A program made the position numbers and the translations under genes. From Takakia lepidozioides (lineage: Eukaryota; Plantae; Bryophyta): 64,000 bases of DNA. A model generated the notes under the pieces. It made no database searches, was not told where the DNA came from, and was given only the letters and a program-made list of their open reading frames with translations. The stretch's first letter is position 1. The number at the start of each line of letters is the position of its first letter. The DNA lies in NCBI GenBank assembly GCA_030704615.1, contig CM060731.1, forward strand, positions 92,318,001 through 92,382,000. Direction: 5' to 3'. Shown piece by piece: positions 1 to 13,800 of the stretch.

Positions 1-39
1 CTCCTTTCTGTCACCGCAGACAATTCGAGGGGAACTCAC

Positions 40-3000
40 TGAACGGAGCAGAGCAAACAATCCCTGAGGCAGTGCTTTAATGCCGGCTACTGAGGATCCC
101 ATAGCCACCAGCTGCTTAGCCAAACGATCTTGTCTGAGTCGCTGTAAGTGCTCCTCCAACCCCTGGGGGTTGTTAGCCCAAGCCAAGAATGTTATGTCGT
201 CTTTCCAGTGCTGCCCCTGGTGAGCGACACCCCACTCTACCTTAGCTGATGAATACCAGTCCTTCACAAGGTCCAGTGCGGCGCTGTGAGAGAGCTCCTC
301 ACCAGCAGCATCTTGGACTTCCTGGATGAGGCTTTCTTCTGCTAGCCTTCGCTTCAATCGCTGGTGGAAAAATGACCGGGACTTGCCCCAGTCAACCACC
401 TGCAGAGAAGAGGCATATAGCACATGTTCATGAATTCGGCAAACAAACAACTTAATAATTGAATAGGCTAATACATATGAGCATCAGCCAAGGGTCATAT
501 GTTTCATGATAAATAAGTATGCAACTTGAGAATACAGTTTAACGAACTGACCTCCTTAATCACACCCTTGGCTGCCATTCGACTAGAAGTGTCATGCAGT
601 TCAGCAAAGCGGATAGCAATCTGCTTATAGATTGGAAGAAGCTGTTTCTCGCGTGCTTTGATTTGTTGCTGGATTGACTCTGTAACACCTAAGGCTGCCC
701 CCCCTGCTACCGAACCTTGCAACTGCTGTCTCAACCTGCTTAACTCGGGGTCCAAGCGATGCATACACTCTAGGAGTTCACGCATCCGGAACTTGATTTC
801 TATCATCCCCTCTGGTTCCAAGACCCCGCCTTTCGCAGTTCTCTCAGCATACATCTCCACTTTGTTAGCATTGATTTTGCTGTCCACTACCACCCAAGCC
901 CCTCCACGAAGCTCCCCCATTTTGGGGATAAATACAAACACTGGTTGCAGGTATGTCCTCAGGTGTTCCACAATCATAGAGCCTGCCTGCAAGATCCCCT
1001 CAAAAAGGTCGCGTTGCCCTCCAGAAAATCCCCTCCAGTTTGCCAGTATGAAGAGAGGGAGTCCCTCCTTGTTGAAGTCGATCAATGCCTGCGCAGTTTT
1101 TTGTGCTGAGTCAGGGAACCAGACCTGGCCTGCTTGAGGAACCACCCTCTCATGGGAATCTGGCTGCCCAGGGTCTGCTGGAATCCTCTGTGTCACCGTC
1201 TGTGTCTCGACAGCCACTATTCCTACTGGAATACCTCCCAGTCTGGCACGTCCAGTCACCACAGTTTGGGCCCACCCCTCAAGAGTCTCCGTGAAGCTTC
1301 CCTTGTCAAATATACCCCCCAACCACTTGCCATTGCTGTTGAGTCCTCGTATGGCTGCTCTGGGGTCACATGCTGTCTCTGGATTGTACTCCACAGGCCT
1401 TTCTGGGGAATCTACTGGTTTTAGATATGGAAGTGGCCCACCCCCAAAAGATGGCACATAGCTCAGCCACTTCAATATGGCAGAAATCCCTTCAAGATCA
1501 TCTGCCACTGTGACATGAACAACACCATTCACTGCCATAACCTTTGGCCCACCTAGCTGCATGTGAGAACTATAAACCTCTCTCCCCAGCAACTTGTTCA
1601 GAGCTGAAAACCCAGTCAGTATGATAGGCTGATCTAATCTCTGAATGCATCTCATGCCCAGGCGAGCAAGATAAGCACCGATCCCAACCGTTCTTCCTGT
1701 CACATAGGTGAGCGTAAAGGTCTCCCGATAAGCTCGTGAGAATGCACCAGCAATTGCCCCACTCCCAGAAAGATTCTCAACCCCAAGTCCATCCTCCTTC
1801 CCCACAACATCATCAATAACCCACCTCACCTCACCAGAATCTAGCTTCAGCTCATGAGCGATGACTGAGGAAGATAGCTGCTGGTGGTCCTCTGGTGTCA
1901 GGTACAAATACTGGAACCCCCTGTCTGGCAAAGTCTCTTCCGACCATCCAACCCGGAAACAGGCCCGGACCTCTTCTGCGACCCCAATTCGAGCACCAGA
2001 ATTTGCTGCCAGATAAATGAGAGGCAGTTTCTCATGACAAGCCAGATCTGTGACTGCCTTGAAAAAGGCATCTTCTCTAGGACCAAATGAGCCAGCTCCA
2101 AAAGTCACGTCATTTGAGACGACCAAAATGGTGCGGCCATCGGGAAATTCAGGGGTGCAGAGTTGCATCGACCATGCCACCATGCCGACATCATTGCTAG
2201 CAATTGGGCGCTCAGTTTCAATCAGTGAGGTGTCCCAGACAGCCTGAGAGTCCGAAAACACGAGCTCTTTTGCATGGAAAATGGGCTTTTCCAGCCAGTT
2301 CCCTTTCACTTCTGATGCTTTGGATGCTTCCCCCCAACACTGGCGCAGTGATGTCTCAAACACCTGCATAATTTTCCCAGAATGGCAGTGGCTTTGTCAA
2401 ACAATTGACTCCAGAAACCAGCCCTAGGGGTTTAAAAGTTCTTTACTCAACTCTTAGAAACAGAAGAGTTACAGAAGAGCACTGTTCAGATAAAGGAGTC
2501 ACTGGCCGTCTCCAGCGTGTATGTCAAGCACTCCTCACTCCATAGATACGATAGATCTTTTAAGCAGGAATACTGTAAACTAGGCTACCTACCCATGTCT
2601 AGCATTGTGTATAAAGAAAATGTATGAGACTAGAGGTTGCAATGGGTCACATACGAGGGGGAAGTCATAGCCGTATGTTGTATTGTTGCGCCTAGCAGCC
2701 AACCTCTTCCGATCAATGGCATCCAATGACTTATATTGAGTAGAAAGTGGCACACCATGCAACGGCCCAGGTGCAGAGGTGGAGGGTGAGAGGTAAACCG
2801 CTCTGCTTTGGTGTGGGTCTTGGGCTTCTCTATATACCTGCCACCATATTGAAAACATCAGTATAGAAAACCAAGCCGTCGCTAGCTCTGCTGTATCCTG
2901 AACTGTCCATTTTGAGCTGGGACTCTGATACAATATCTGTTTAATCTCTAAACCTGCCGACTTGAGAAGATTGTCCTAATGTCCTTGTCCCATCATGACT

Positions 3001-6000
3001 AAGGACACACTGGACATGGCCCATCTTGCCAGAAGGAGATCCCTTACCATACACTCTGCTGATTTTCATGCAAGGTACAGTTTGTCACTGATGAAGCTAT
3101 TTAAATGAACAGAGGAAGAGACAAACACAGACCTGGACAATACAGGTATGGCCTGTAGGGTTGGAGACAATAACACGCCATGCACCATTGGCAGGCCCCA
3201 CTTCCTTCAGTCGAACACGGATCTCCCATACTGCAACAGCCAGGCGATGCATGCGTGCCCCCAGCTTCCTGTATACCTCATGTGCCAGCCCCTCCAGAAC
3301 CCTCACCATCCTCTCTACATCATTGGTCGCACTCCCATCCTCTTCTCTGCATGGTGCGCTGTGACCAAGACAGGTCACACATGATTATTGCTTCCATGCT
3401 GAAGACAACAATTGACAGCCCTCAAATTTGGGCGAAAATCCAGGTTAGAACTCTGCAAATCCAATTCCTTGCCATGTTAACAATCATCTACCCAAATTCC
3501 AGTCTGAAAGTGGGCAGGAATTATTAAAGATCAAAATACTAAAACTTCGAGACCAGGATGATCTAAGTGCAAGACTCAAAAGTAAAAAAGAACAGCTCTC
3601 ATGGATGTCTGACCATGTTCGCTAAGAGGACTCCAGACTTCAATTAGATGGTAACCAAACGGCAGAGAAAGATATGCAAGGCAACACTAGATGCTCTTTG
3701 AAAGAAGAGACAGAAGAGCCTCATAGTACGAGATCAAATACTGACTGAAAAAGGCAGAGAACAATTACAACCACCAAAATTGTTCCTTGAGGTAGTTCCA
3801 CAGCATTCCGAGATATCACACTCTGCCAAATCACCTACCTACAGGCAAGCAAACATAACCGGAAGTAGGAAACAGAAGGCATGAAAGCAATACTCAGTCC
3901 AGCTCCCCGCCATGAAAAGATGCAACATATAGCACTGGATCAGCAATTTGGGGTCAGGTTGAAGCTAAGTTACCTGGAAGCCTGGGCAAGATCTCCCAGC
4001 TCTTGGGCGCGGAGAATGCAGAGATACATGTGAACATGGTCAGCCCTCCCATTCGCATCATGAGCAGCTAGCTCCAATTCCTCCAGAGCTCCTTGCAAGG
4101 CCTTTGTCACACTTTCTTCTATCCAAGCAATGCCTCGAGTAGCTGACACCACCTCAGCATCACCCTCCTCCCCACTTTTCGGTTGCCGAACAAGTGCCCT
4201 TAAGAACATCCTACGGATGTTGGTCTGCCGGTCGCTGGCCGAGTACATGTGCCACTGCCGATCACGGGAAGGTGCATAGCGCATGGTAGTGTAGGCTTTC
4301 AACTTGTCCTATGGGAAAAGGCCGCAGAGGAAAACAGGTCAGGCCTGTAGTCAGAAAATATCAAAGATTGTTGCTAGCTGTGGTTCATGAGAGTTATAGA
4401 AGTGTGCATTGCTACCAGTGCTGTGCGGGTCCTGCACCAAAATGATCAATAGCTCAATGCCCTTCAGTGGGATTGATGATTACCAGCTCAAGGAGGTTCG
4501 ATAGAGGTGGTTCGACATGGCGCAAAAGGGGCTCTTCTGTGAAGTGATGGACCTCATGGGACCAGTGAAAGCAGTGCCGTGTAGGTGCCCGCCCTTCATC
4601 CCTCTGTATTATGCAGCTCACAACCCCAACGCCCGAGATTTGCAGCATTGCGCCAAGGCTCTCCCCCTTAAGTGCTTTTGCCAGTTTGTCCACTCGCTCT
4701 TTAGTTTGATCCTCATCCCCACTGAATCCCAACATCCATGATAAAACATGATGTGTTTAGTACACTACAAAGAATTTCCAAAAGTAGATCTGGTAGACAA
4801 CAGACATAATTCCATGACAATGGGCTATGACATATCTTGATGCATAGCCCCTGCAGGGTACCCACTAAAGGCCTTCCAACCCATCCTATTATGGGCCAAT
4901 CTTTCAGTACCATTTGCAAAGTGGCTGGGAGAAAGAAAGAAAGAAACTTATGCAGAGACTTGTAGAATTAAGTTATGATGTCCAAGGGAGACCCAAAGAA
5001 GTTCTGTGACACAGGAGAGAGACCAAAAGAGAAACTGTAGTTCAGTGGGACCTGAGAGCCTGTGGAACATAGAGAATGTACTCATAAGACGTTGTTTGCC
5101 GTAGCCTTGTGGCCATTGACCTGTGGAACATAGAGAGCGAGAGAGAGAGAGAAGAGGAAAATTTTACTGCGTCAATGGGAGGCCCAAAAGCCCAAAGAAC
5201 AACACAGCACAACGGAAGTACTGAAAACTCAAGTGCGGCACAAAGGTGCGAGACATGGTGCAAATCGGGTCTATCTTCAGGAGGTGTGTTATCATATCTT
5301 CCTTTCCCAATCAGGAAAGTGTGTGGGAAACAACTCTGTAATTGCCCAAAGCCTGCCTGAGGGACATGGAGAACTTAGAAGAGAGGTATAAAGGCAAATT
5401 GATGCAAGAGAGATCTGAGGGAGAAAGCAAGAAGAAAGAAATGACTTTGACATCCATAGACAGCCACAAGGGCCCATGGGACAAGGTAGAATAAAGCAAG
5501 AATAACTTACGAATTAATCAACTGTCACCTGAAGATGGAGGGCCTCAAGCAGGTAGACACAGAAAGAAAGAGAGAAAAGATACTTTATAATATCCATAGG
5601 AAGCTCAAAGAGCTTATGGGACAAAAGATAAGCAAGTGGGGCCTTTAACAAGCAGCCCCGAACGAGTATTGCTTGAGATATCTTCTCAGATGTAAAACCT
5701 CCTGGGGATGTTATAGAGATCGGTCTTTCTTTTTCTCTCTACTAGGCTATCCAGGGTCGATATTATTGCCTATTCGTGAAGAAACTTTATAGCATCCACC
5801 CACACACACACACACAGAATGTACTCATGAGATGTTGTTTGCCGTAGCCTTTTGGCATAGACCCCGCCCCCAGCTTGGGCGGAGCAAGAGGGAACAGACA
5901 CTACTTTTGCGAGTGGCTCAATCCAGTAGTGGGACTTACCTTGGTATAAGCAATCGTTCAGGCTTTCCAGATTTCCTATAGAAAGCCCTTCACGCAAGCA

Positions 6001-9000
6001 CCAAATCTGCTATGTGTGAACTGCCAAGCAGTTAGACCCCCAACAAGGCCAGGGCTTTAGGCTCGCCTCGAGACTTTCAAAGTTGGTGAACAGCGGTGCA
6101 GGGATTGATGGCCCTGAAGAGGGTTGCTCTCTGATGAGAATACCCTAGGCATAAAACTTCCTTGAACTTGTTTCCAGTTTTCGACATGGGTGAGGACCTT
6201 AAGCATGATCTGAAGGGCCTACCTACCCACAGCACTAGACTGAAATTTAAACGCAGGGCAGGGAGTCTACCATTGAACAATAAGCAGATGCATAGAGGAG
6301 AGGGAGATTGTGAATGCCCACATGCAGGCGTCCTGAGGACAAAATCCATGTACACTCTTCGTGCTTCCGACATGGCCTTAGACACAGCCTCCAAGTCAGC
6401 TTCATCTCATGACAGTACGCATCCATTCCCGAAAGGAAGGTGTTACTAGAGCCAGGTACTCAAGCAAGGGCACACATAGAAGCCCTTGGTTTTCAAAAGT
6501 ATTCATAGATTCACACTAGAGCTAGTAAAGTCCACGTAAGCTCCTCAGTGCGTCCACTCTCTTTGTGTTGCCATACTAAGCAGGAAATTGGAGTGCTTAA
6601 AGAGCCTCAATGTGTAGCTTGCTTGTAGCCATAGTTCAGCAGTAAGGTGACTGCTCCTTCAGCTCTTGCCTGCTTGTCTTCCAGATGAGAAGAGTGACCA
6701 GGGCTTCTATCCTTATAGGGCAGCTGCTGTAGGTTAAGACTTGCAGAAAACCCTAATGAGTCATCCATCCTGTTTTCCATCTTTCCGTTCTGATCTAGGT
6801 GAAAATTCTGAACAGGCATTCTTGAGTGATGTTACAAAGAGCATAGCCACATTCAAGGAAAATGAGAGAGAGAGAGTCATAAGACGTTGTTTGCCATAGC
6901 CTTGTGGCCATAGACCCCACGACCAGTTTGGGCGGAACAAGGAGAGAGAGAGAGGGAGGGGAGAGATTTTTATAACATCTCCTCACCTATCTTGAAAAGC
7001 ACTCATTTGATTGTTGATGCCCACCAGTGCCACGTGCAGCACGTTGCCAAAGCCACTTGGTGCACCAACAAATGACCTGTTTCTTCGGGGGCTTCCAGCC
7101 GAATTGCGGTAGTCAGTCACACTTGGCTTAGAATTTGGTGCAAGAGTACCCTCGGTCTCCTTCAATGCAGCCGAAACAGCATTTGACAGCACTTGCAGCG
7201 TTGTAAGAATCACCATAGCTCCCCACCTTCGCACTCCACGGCTCTCATCACCAGCTGTGACAGGTGCATTTCTTAGCACCTCTGCAGTGTGAGGAGGATT
7301 TTCTTCCCAAAATTGCCATGATGCAATCAACCCCGAGCGATGCCACTGCATCCGCACTGATCCCTTCACCAGGTAGGGCTGTAGGCACATAACCTCTGTA
7401 AGTCCGAGACACTCTGTTCATATGTCCGTGGACCATTGGCAGATAGCATCTCTAATGAAAACCAGGGCTGTTTAGTATTTTCTATTGCTAGTGAGTTCTC
7501 TGTCCGGCACTGCTACAAGCACAGGACAGATCTTGTTGTGAATTCTTTGAGGTAAAACATGCCACAGACCAACTGAGAAACCATTCAAGTACAGACTGCA
7601 AGAAAGCCAAACTAACAAGTGTAGTCAGCTACTGACGGTCACTATCATCAACAAACAGGGCTGGATTTAAGGACCCCCGGGTGGCCTCTTCTACTAAAAA
7701 ATCTAACGAGTTTATCAGGATGCTAGAAATTGCATCGACCTGATAGAGCCTGCGCACGTAGGTCTCAATAACACGACGCTGAAGAGTGTGATCACTGTGG
7801 TCAAATAAGGCCACCAGGGCATCCTCAACAGCCAGCGGTGCATCGACCAAGTCCTCCATGCGCTCCTCAATCGCACTACGGCGGCGGCCATTTCCGTGGA
7901 TGCCATCACCTCCATCCTCAGTGAACATTTCAAGTTCAGAAAGGCTCCGAGCAATATTTGATCGCAGCTCACTCAGCTTTGTTTGCTCTAGCAACTGGCT
8001 TGCCCGCAAGGCTAGCTGCAATCAATACCATTGGTTAACCTGCAGAACTTTGTACACACAGAGAGAGCCAAAATAACCACAACCCAAAACTGGGACGATT
8101 TGTCATATCGTAGATGGATAATAGGCACTACCTTTGTGAGGGGCTCACTCCGGTAGTGTGACTTACCTTGATACAAACAATTGGTTTGGGATTTCCAGAT
8201 ATCTTCTAGAAAGTCCTTTACACAAGCAACAATCTGCTGTGTGAGCAGCCCAAAAGTTAGACCACAACAGGGCCAGGGCTGTCAGAAACATAGAGGAAGA
8301 AGAACTATGCGTCCAAGAGAGGAATAGAAGAAGAAGGAACTTTCAGTGACATTGGACAAAGTAGAACAGCAACCAAGCTGTACAGATGCCCCAAGGCATC
8401 TCTTGATCCTTTTAACGGAAAACATTTGTCAGTGAGTGGCTGTCTCTAAAGAAGGCCAATGTCGAGACCCCAGATTGCAAAGTAGATATGAAAGATAAGA
8501 GAAAGAAAACCAAAAAGAAAGAGAGAAAAGAACTGCAAGAAATTTAGTATGTAACTGAGAGGCCCACAGCACCCAAGGGACCAACAGACAACAACGAATG
8601 ATGAACCATAGAAACCAAAGAAATACTCGAAGCCGAGGTGTCGCAGGTGCAGTGCCTGGTGTCTCTTTAGAGATTTTCCATCCTGGTGGATTGCTTTAGC
8701 TCGAGGACTCAACATGACTAGCAGCTTCCCTGCATGGGGTATCTGCTCCATATCTGGTAGGGAACGGTAAGACACAAAATAGAGATGGAGAGAGACCTCA
8801 GAATGATTGGTATGGTTAAGAGCTGCAAATCTGATGAGCTTCTCACGATAGGCAGCAGGGTTGGGATAGACAAGCGCTCCCATCAATTGCAGTATCAGAT
8901 TGTTCTTTCTCCTCACACCCTGAAATGACACCAAGCCGTCCAACCTCAGTTTCCTTTTCCTTTAAAAAAAAAAATGCATTACTGTGACACATGCACCAAA

Positions 9001-10828
9001 AGAGGTCCTAGATTTGCGTCATGCAGGTGTTTGTGTGCAGTCACGATTATCCTTACTGTTTCGCAATAATATACCTGGTGAGAGAGCACCATATCCACCA
9101 CCTTTGAGAGATCCTTAGAGTGTTGGTGCCTCAAACCCTCTATCACGTCCGCCTGAACCCAGAGAGTCCAAATGTTCAATACACATTCCACCTGAGAGTT
9201 TACTTACTGTGAAATAGAAATCTTTGTACGTTCCCCCTATACAAAGCACAAGGAGGAAAAATAGAAACTCCTCGTTGAGCTAGTGGTTACCACAAACACT
9301 CATGAAAGAACAATATGAGGAAGAAAGTGAGAATATCCCTGTGGATAAGGTCCAGCTGTTATGATGATTTCTGAAGATTGGGAAGGGTGAAGAACAGAAA
9401 GTAAATAATGCAACGTGAACACACACCTGAGGGTTCTCGCTGAAAAGCTCCTCCACAAGCAGATACTCATCAAAAAGAGAATGAACAATACAGCATGCAT
9501 GGCCCTCTCGCCCACCCTCATAAGATGTGGCCAGCAACACCAGGGGCTCCGCCAACCTTTCTAGTCCCGCCCTGTCCTTCTCTGGCGTTTCAACCATTGA
9601 CATCTGCAGAGTCGGCATATCCCCTCTCATAACTTCATTATAACTTAGAGTATTAAGAGTTGTTTCATGAATATTGAAGAGCACATTCATAGTAAAATTG
9701 ACAAGTTTATTAGAGAGAATGGCAAGATGTGATATACCTCGATAATGCCATTAAGAGCTTTTGCTGGGAAGTCTACTCCTTCACCCTTGTCCACGAATCT
9801 GGTTTCATACTCGCGGAATTTCACATCTAACTGCACATAAATTACACCCATTCAAACTCCAAGTCAGGCCAAGAGAAGAGCATATCAGCATTCTAAGCAT
9901 ACAAATAGAAAAATAGTATCGAAACCAACATGTCCAGAGATATAGAAAGAAAGAGAAAACTTTCATAAAGGGCCAATGAGAAACAAAACAAACTTGCAAA
10001 TTAAGAAATTTCCAAATACAGGAGAGAAGGAAAAAAGAGAAAACTTCATAACATCCACTGAGAGCCCATGGGCTAAGAGAACAGAAAGAGACCTATTACA
10101 TCCGTGGGCGAAACGGCCCAGGGGCCACAAAGAGAACAATAAAATAGAGCCACTGAAACCAAGAGAGGTTTGTGGGTGATCCTTTCCTCTTACTATAAAG
10201 AGAGAGAAAAGAAACTGTCACGTCCACTTGAGACCCAGAGATGAACAGATGGAAAATGAGAGGTCTCATCATGGGAGGCTGTAGAACCACTGAAAGAAGC
10301 GAACAAATCAAACCCCAAATGTTGCATCAAGACGGGGTGCCCAAGCCACTAAGCACTTTGACATAATTGGAAGGCAAACGGTGAAGAAATCACAATGACT
10401 ACACAAGCATTTCTCCCTCGTCACAAAGCAGGGTACAGGAGAAGAAAAGAATGGGTCAGAAAAATTTGAGAGAGCTAGAGAGAGAAAAACTTTACAACCT
10501 CCATATAAGAACGCAATAGCCGATTGGTAGAGAGGGGTCTTGCCCTTTCCACTTAAACAGACGAGAGAAGAAATCGAGAGAGAGAGAATGTACTCATAAA
10601 AATTGTTTACCGTAGCCTTGTGGCCATAGATCCACGCCCAGTTTGGCGGCAACAAGGAGGAACAGACATTACCTTTGTCAGGGGCTCACTCCAGTGGTGG
10701 GACTTACCTTGGTATAAATAATTGGTTCAGGCTTACCAGATTTTCCCTAGGGAGCCCTCTTCACAAGCATGAATCTGCTGTACGTCCAGCAATAAGACCA
10801 CAACAGGGCCATGGCTTTAACCTCAACC

Positions 10829-10868
<40 letters not shown>

Positions 10869-13800
10869 ATGTACTCATAAGACGTTGTTTGCCGTAGCCT
10901 TGTGGCCATAGACCCCGCGCCCAGTTTGGGCGGAACAAAAGGGAACAGATACTACCTTTGATAGGGGCTCACTCCGATAGTGCGACTTATTTGTAGAGAC
11001 AATTCGTTCGGGTTTTCCAGATATCCTCTAGAAAGCCCTTCACACAAGCATCAACTTGCTGTGTGGGAGCTGCCAGCAATTAGACCCCAAAAGGGCCAGG
11101 GCTCTAGGCTCAGCCTCAAAATTTTGAAAGTTGGTGAACAGAGGTACAGGGACAATTTGATGGGTAGGGAGAGAGAGAGAGAGAATGTACTCATAAGACG
11201 TTTGCCATAGCCTTGTGGCCATTGACCTTGCACCAGTTTGAGCGGAACACAAAGGGAGAGAGAGAGATTATTTCCAGGAAGCTAATGGGTCCCAGGGATC
11301 CAAACAGAACAAAAAAACTACATGAACAAACCGTAAAACCATAAAATCCATGTACTCCTCAAAGCTCAAGCATTTGAAGGTGCAGTGCCATAATGCCAGG
11401 CACCTCAGATTTTCATAGCCAAGGAGAGAGAAACTAAGGACCACAACAAGTAGAACCACAGAAACCAAAGAACAAATCAAACCGCATTGACAAGTGTAGA
11501 TCTTCCCTCCGGGAGAGGAGAGAGAGACCAACCAGGACAGTCTGACCAGTTGACCAGAATCAGGTGAGAAAATGTGACTTCTAACCTCACACCTCCAAGC
11601 TTGCACAGGCAATCATCACCCAACTTCCAAAAAAACACTAGGAGTCAGAAAAAGAAGAAAATACCTGTGACCTCAAGTCCTTGGGAAGCCGGGTGGCAAG
11701 GACTGCCATACATTCCTGCCACTGAAGCAGAGGTAGCTGTGGGTCATCTAAACAACTTAGCAAAGTCTGAACAACCTGCACCCAGTTTCAAATGTTCCAA
11801 ATTCTTGTCAGTTTCTGATAATATCAAGGTATTTGTCAATAAGTAGGTAAGGGAGCAAATAACCCAGGTTACAAAGTAAAGAGAATGATCTTGTGAGAAC
11901 TTCAATGGATATAATTCCTCTCATTTAGGTTGGAAAGACAAACAATATTATGGAACTGCCAGAGATCTCTCAGACAGCGCCCTGCTTGCAGTAGTGTGCT
12001 TCCCTCTGGCTCATCCAAAATACAATGACGTTAAGTGGCAATTGGGGTTACTGAAGCGAAGACATACCTTCATTTTGAGGGAAAGCAAAAGGGAGGGAGC
12101 AAGAGCGATGCTGTTTCATAAGATTCTGTGTTTAGAGGGAGCCCGTTACAGGATTCCAAACAGCTCCTTAGTATGTCAATGGGACAAAAGGACATTTACT
12201 GCTCTCTTGCTTTATGCACGGTTGAACTCCCAACTGGTTCAGATGCATAATCATTACTTCTACAAGTGGGACTAATTTTAATTGAAGTAGTCATAAGGAC
12301 AACGTTTAAGATTATACAATTTCTTCTACGCCACCCTCTCACCTCGTCTATGTTGTGCTCATAGCCAGCAAGAACATTATGAGCCGCATTCATACTGTCT
12401 GCACAGCGTTGATGCACTTTAGCAGAAACAGCAGTGGGCTTCCCCAACGGTGGAAATCTTCCTTTGAAAGGAAGTGCTTTCCTCACCGCTGATGGGTCAT
12501 CGAGGTCAAGTCCTGCCACGAGGTCACCGGCCTGCAAAGGAAAACAAAACTTCCCTGTTCTCACAGACAGCATAACTCCATCACTTACAACATTCGACAA
12601 TCATGCATGAGACATGGGAGAGAGGAACCCCTGGGAATCTGGGGCAGGGATCCTGCTTCTTGACATAAAGAAAATTGCAACCAAAGATGAACAAATCCAA
12701 CCAGAACTAAAAGATAAACAGGCTACCTACCAGCATAGTTGAGCCTTCAGACATTTTGAAATGGATAGTCCCAGATGCAGGGGACAAAAGGGGCATGCAC
12801 ATCTTCATGACTTCCACCTCCGCATACGGAAAATCCGTGACAACATGGCTACCATCAGGGACCAAGAAGCGGAGCAGCTTACAGGGAGTCTCAGCAACCA
12901 ATCGCGAAGGGTCGTGATCATTCTGGAAAGCAGACACTGCTGCACATCAGTTCACTAGCAGACCAAGGACGAAAAAAGTTGAAGTAGAAAATAAAGACTG
13001 GTTACTGCCTGACCCATTGACAACCCCAGGGACATTTCAATAGCTGTGAGTGGGAAAGAAGAAACTTCATCTGACTCCCACCTGTAGAAGGCATGTGCGG
13101 CCATCAATAAGTAGGCGTGTGCCAGCTGCCTCTTCTTCAGCATAGACTACGTGACTGTTTCCATCCAGCTGTGTTTTCACACGTCCACACACACATCCGT
13201 CAGCTACTAATTTAAACTCAATGCTGTACTCTTTGGACTGCTGTGGTTTGAAAATCTCTTGTAGCAATTGTTTTATGTCTCTTCTGAATTAGTAAAGCGG
13301 CAAGGAAAAGAAATCACACAGGTTTTTCTACAAGAGGGAGGTCGGCACTAGAAGCAACCATAAAAGCAAGAGAAATTCCCACATCGTTGGCACTTCATAA
13401 CAACTGGATGCATGCATAGCCATTCATCACCCACTCCATACAAATTACAAACAAAATTCTTAAATTAAGGCCTCCAAGTTCTCCGGAGGATCTCAAGAGT
13501 AACTCCTACTGGTTGAGCTCCATGTCAAGATGTCTGGCTAGTCCCCACTTGCGCCCTAGTTCCCATTTTCCGTTTGGTCTCCAGCTGGCATAGGCTTTAT
13601 CTGAGTTTGCCTTCCTAGGCTTGTTAGTGTTATGATCTTACAAGTCCACGGCAATCTCTTTGCATATTTAGTACAGATCTTCTGGGTCTTCTGCACTTCC
13701 AGAGAAGCTGGAAAGGTGGTGAGCTTCATCTCACTTCCCTTCTTTGGCTGCACAGGGAGTTCTTCTCTCACTTCTGTTTTTCCTCTATTTTGTTGCCCCC

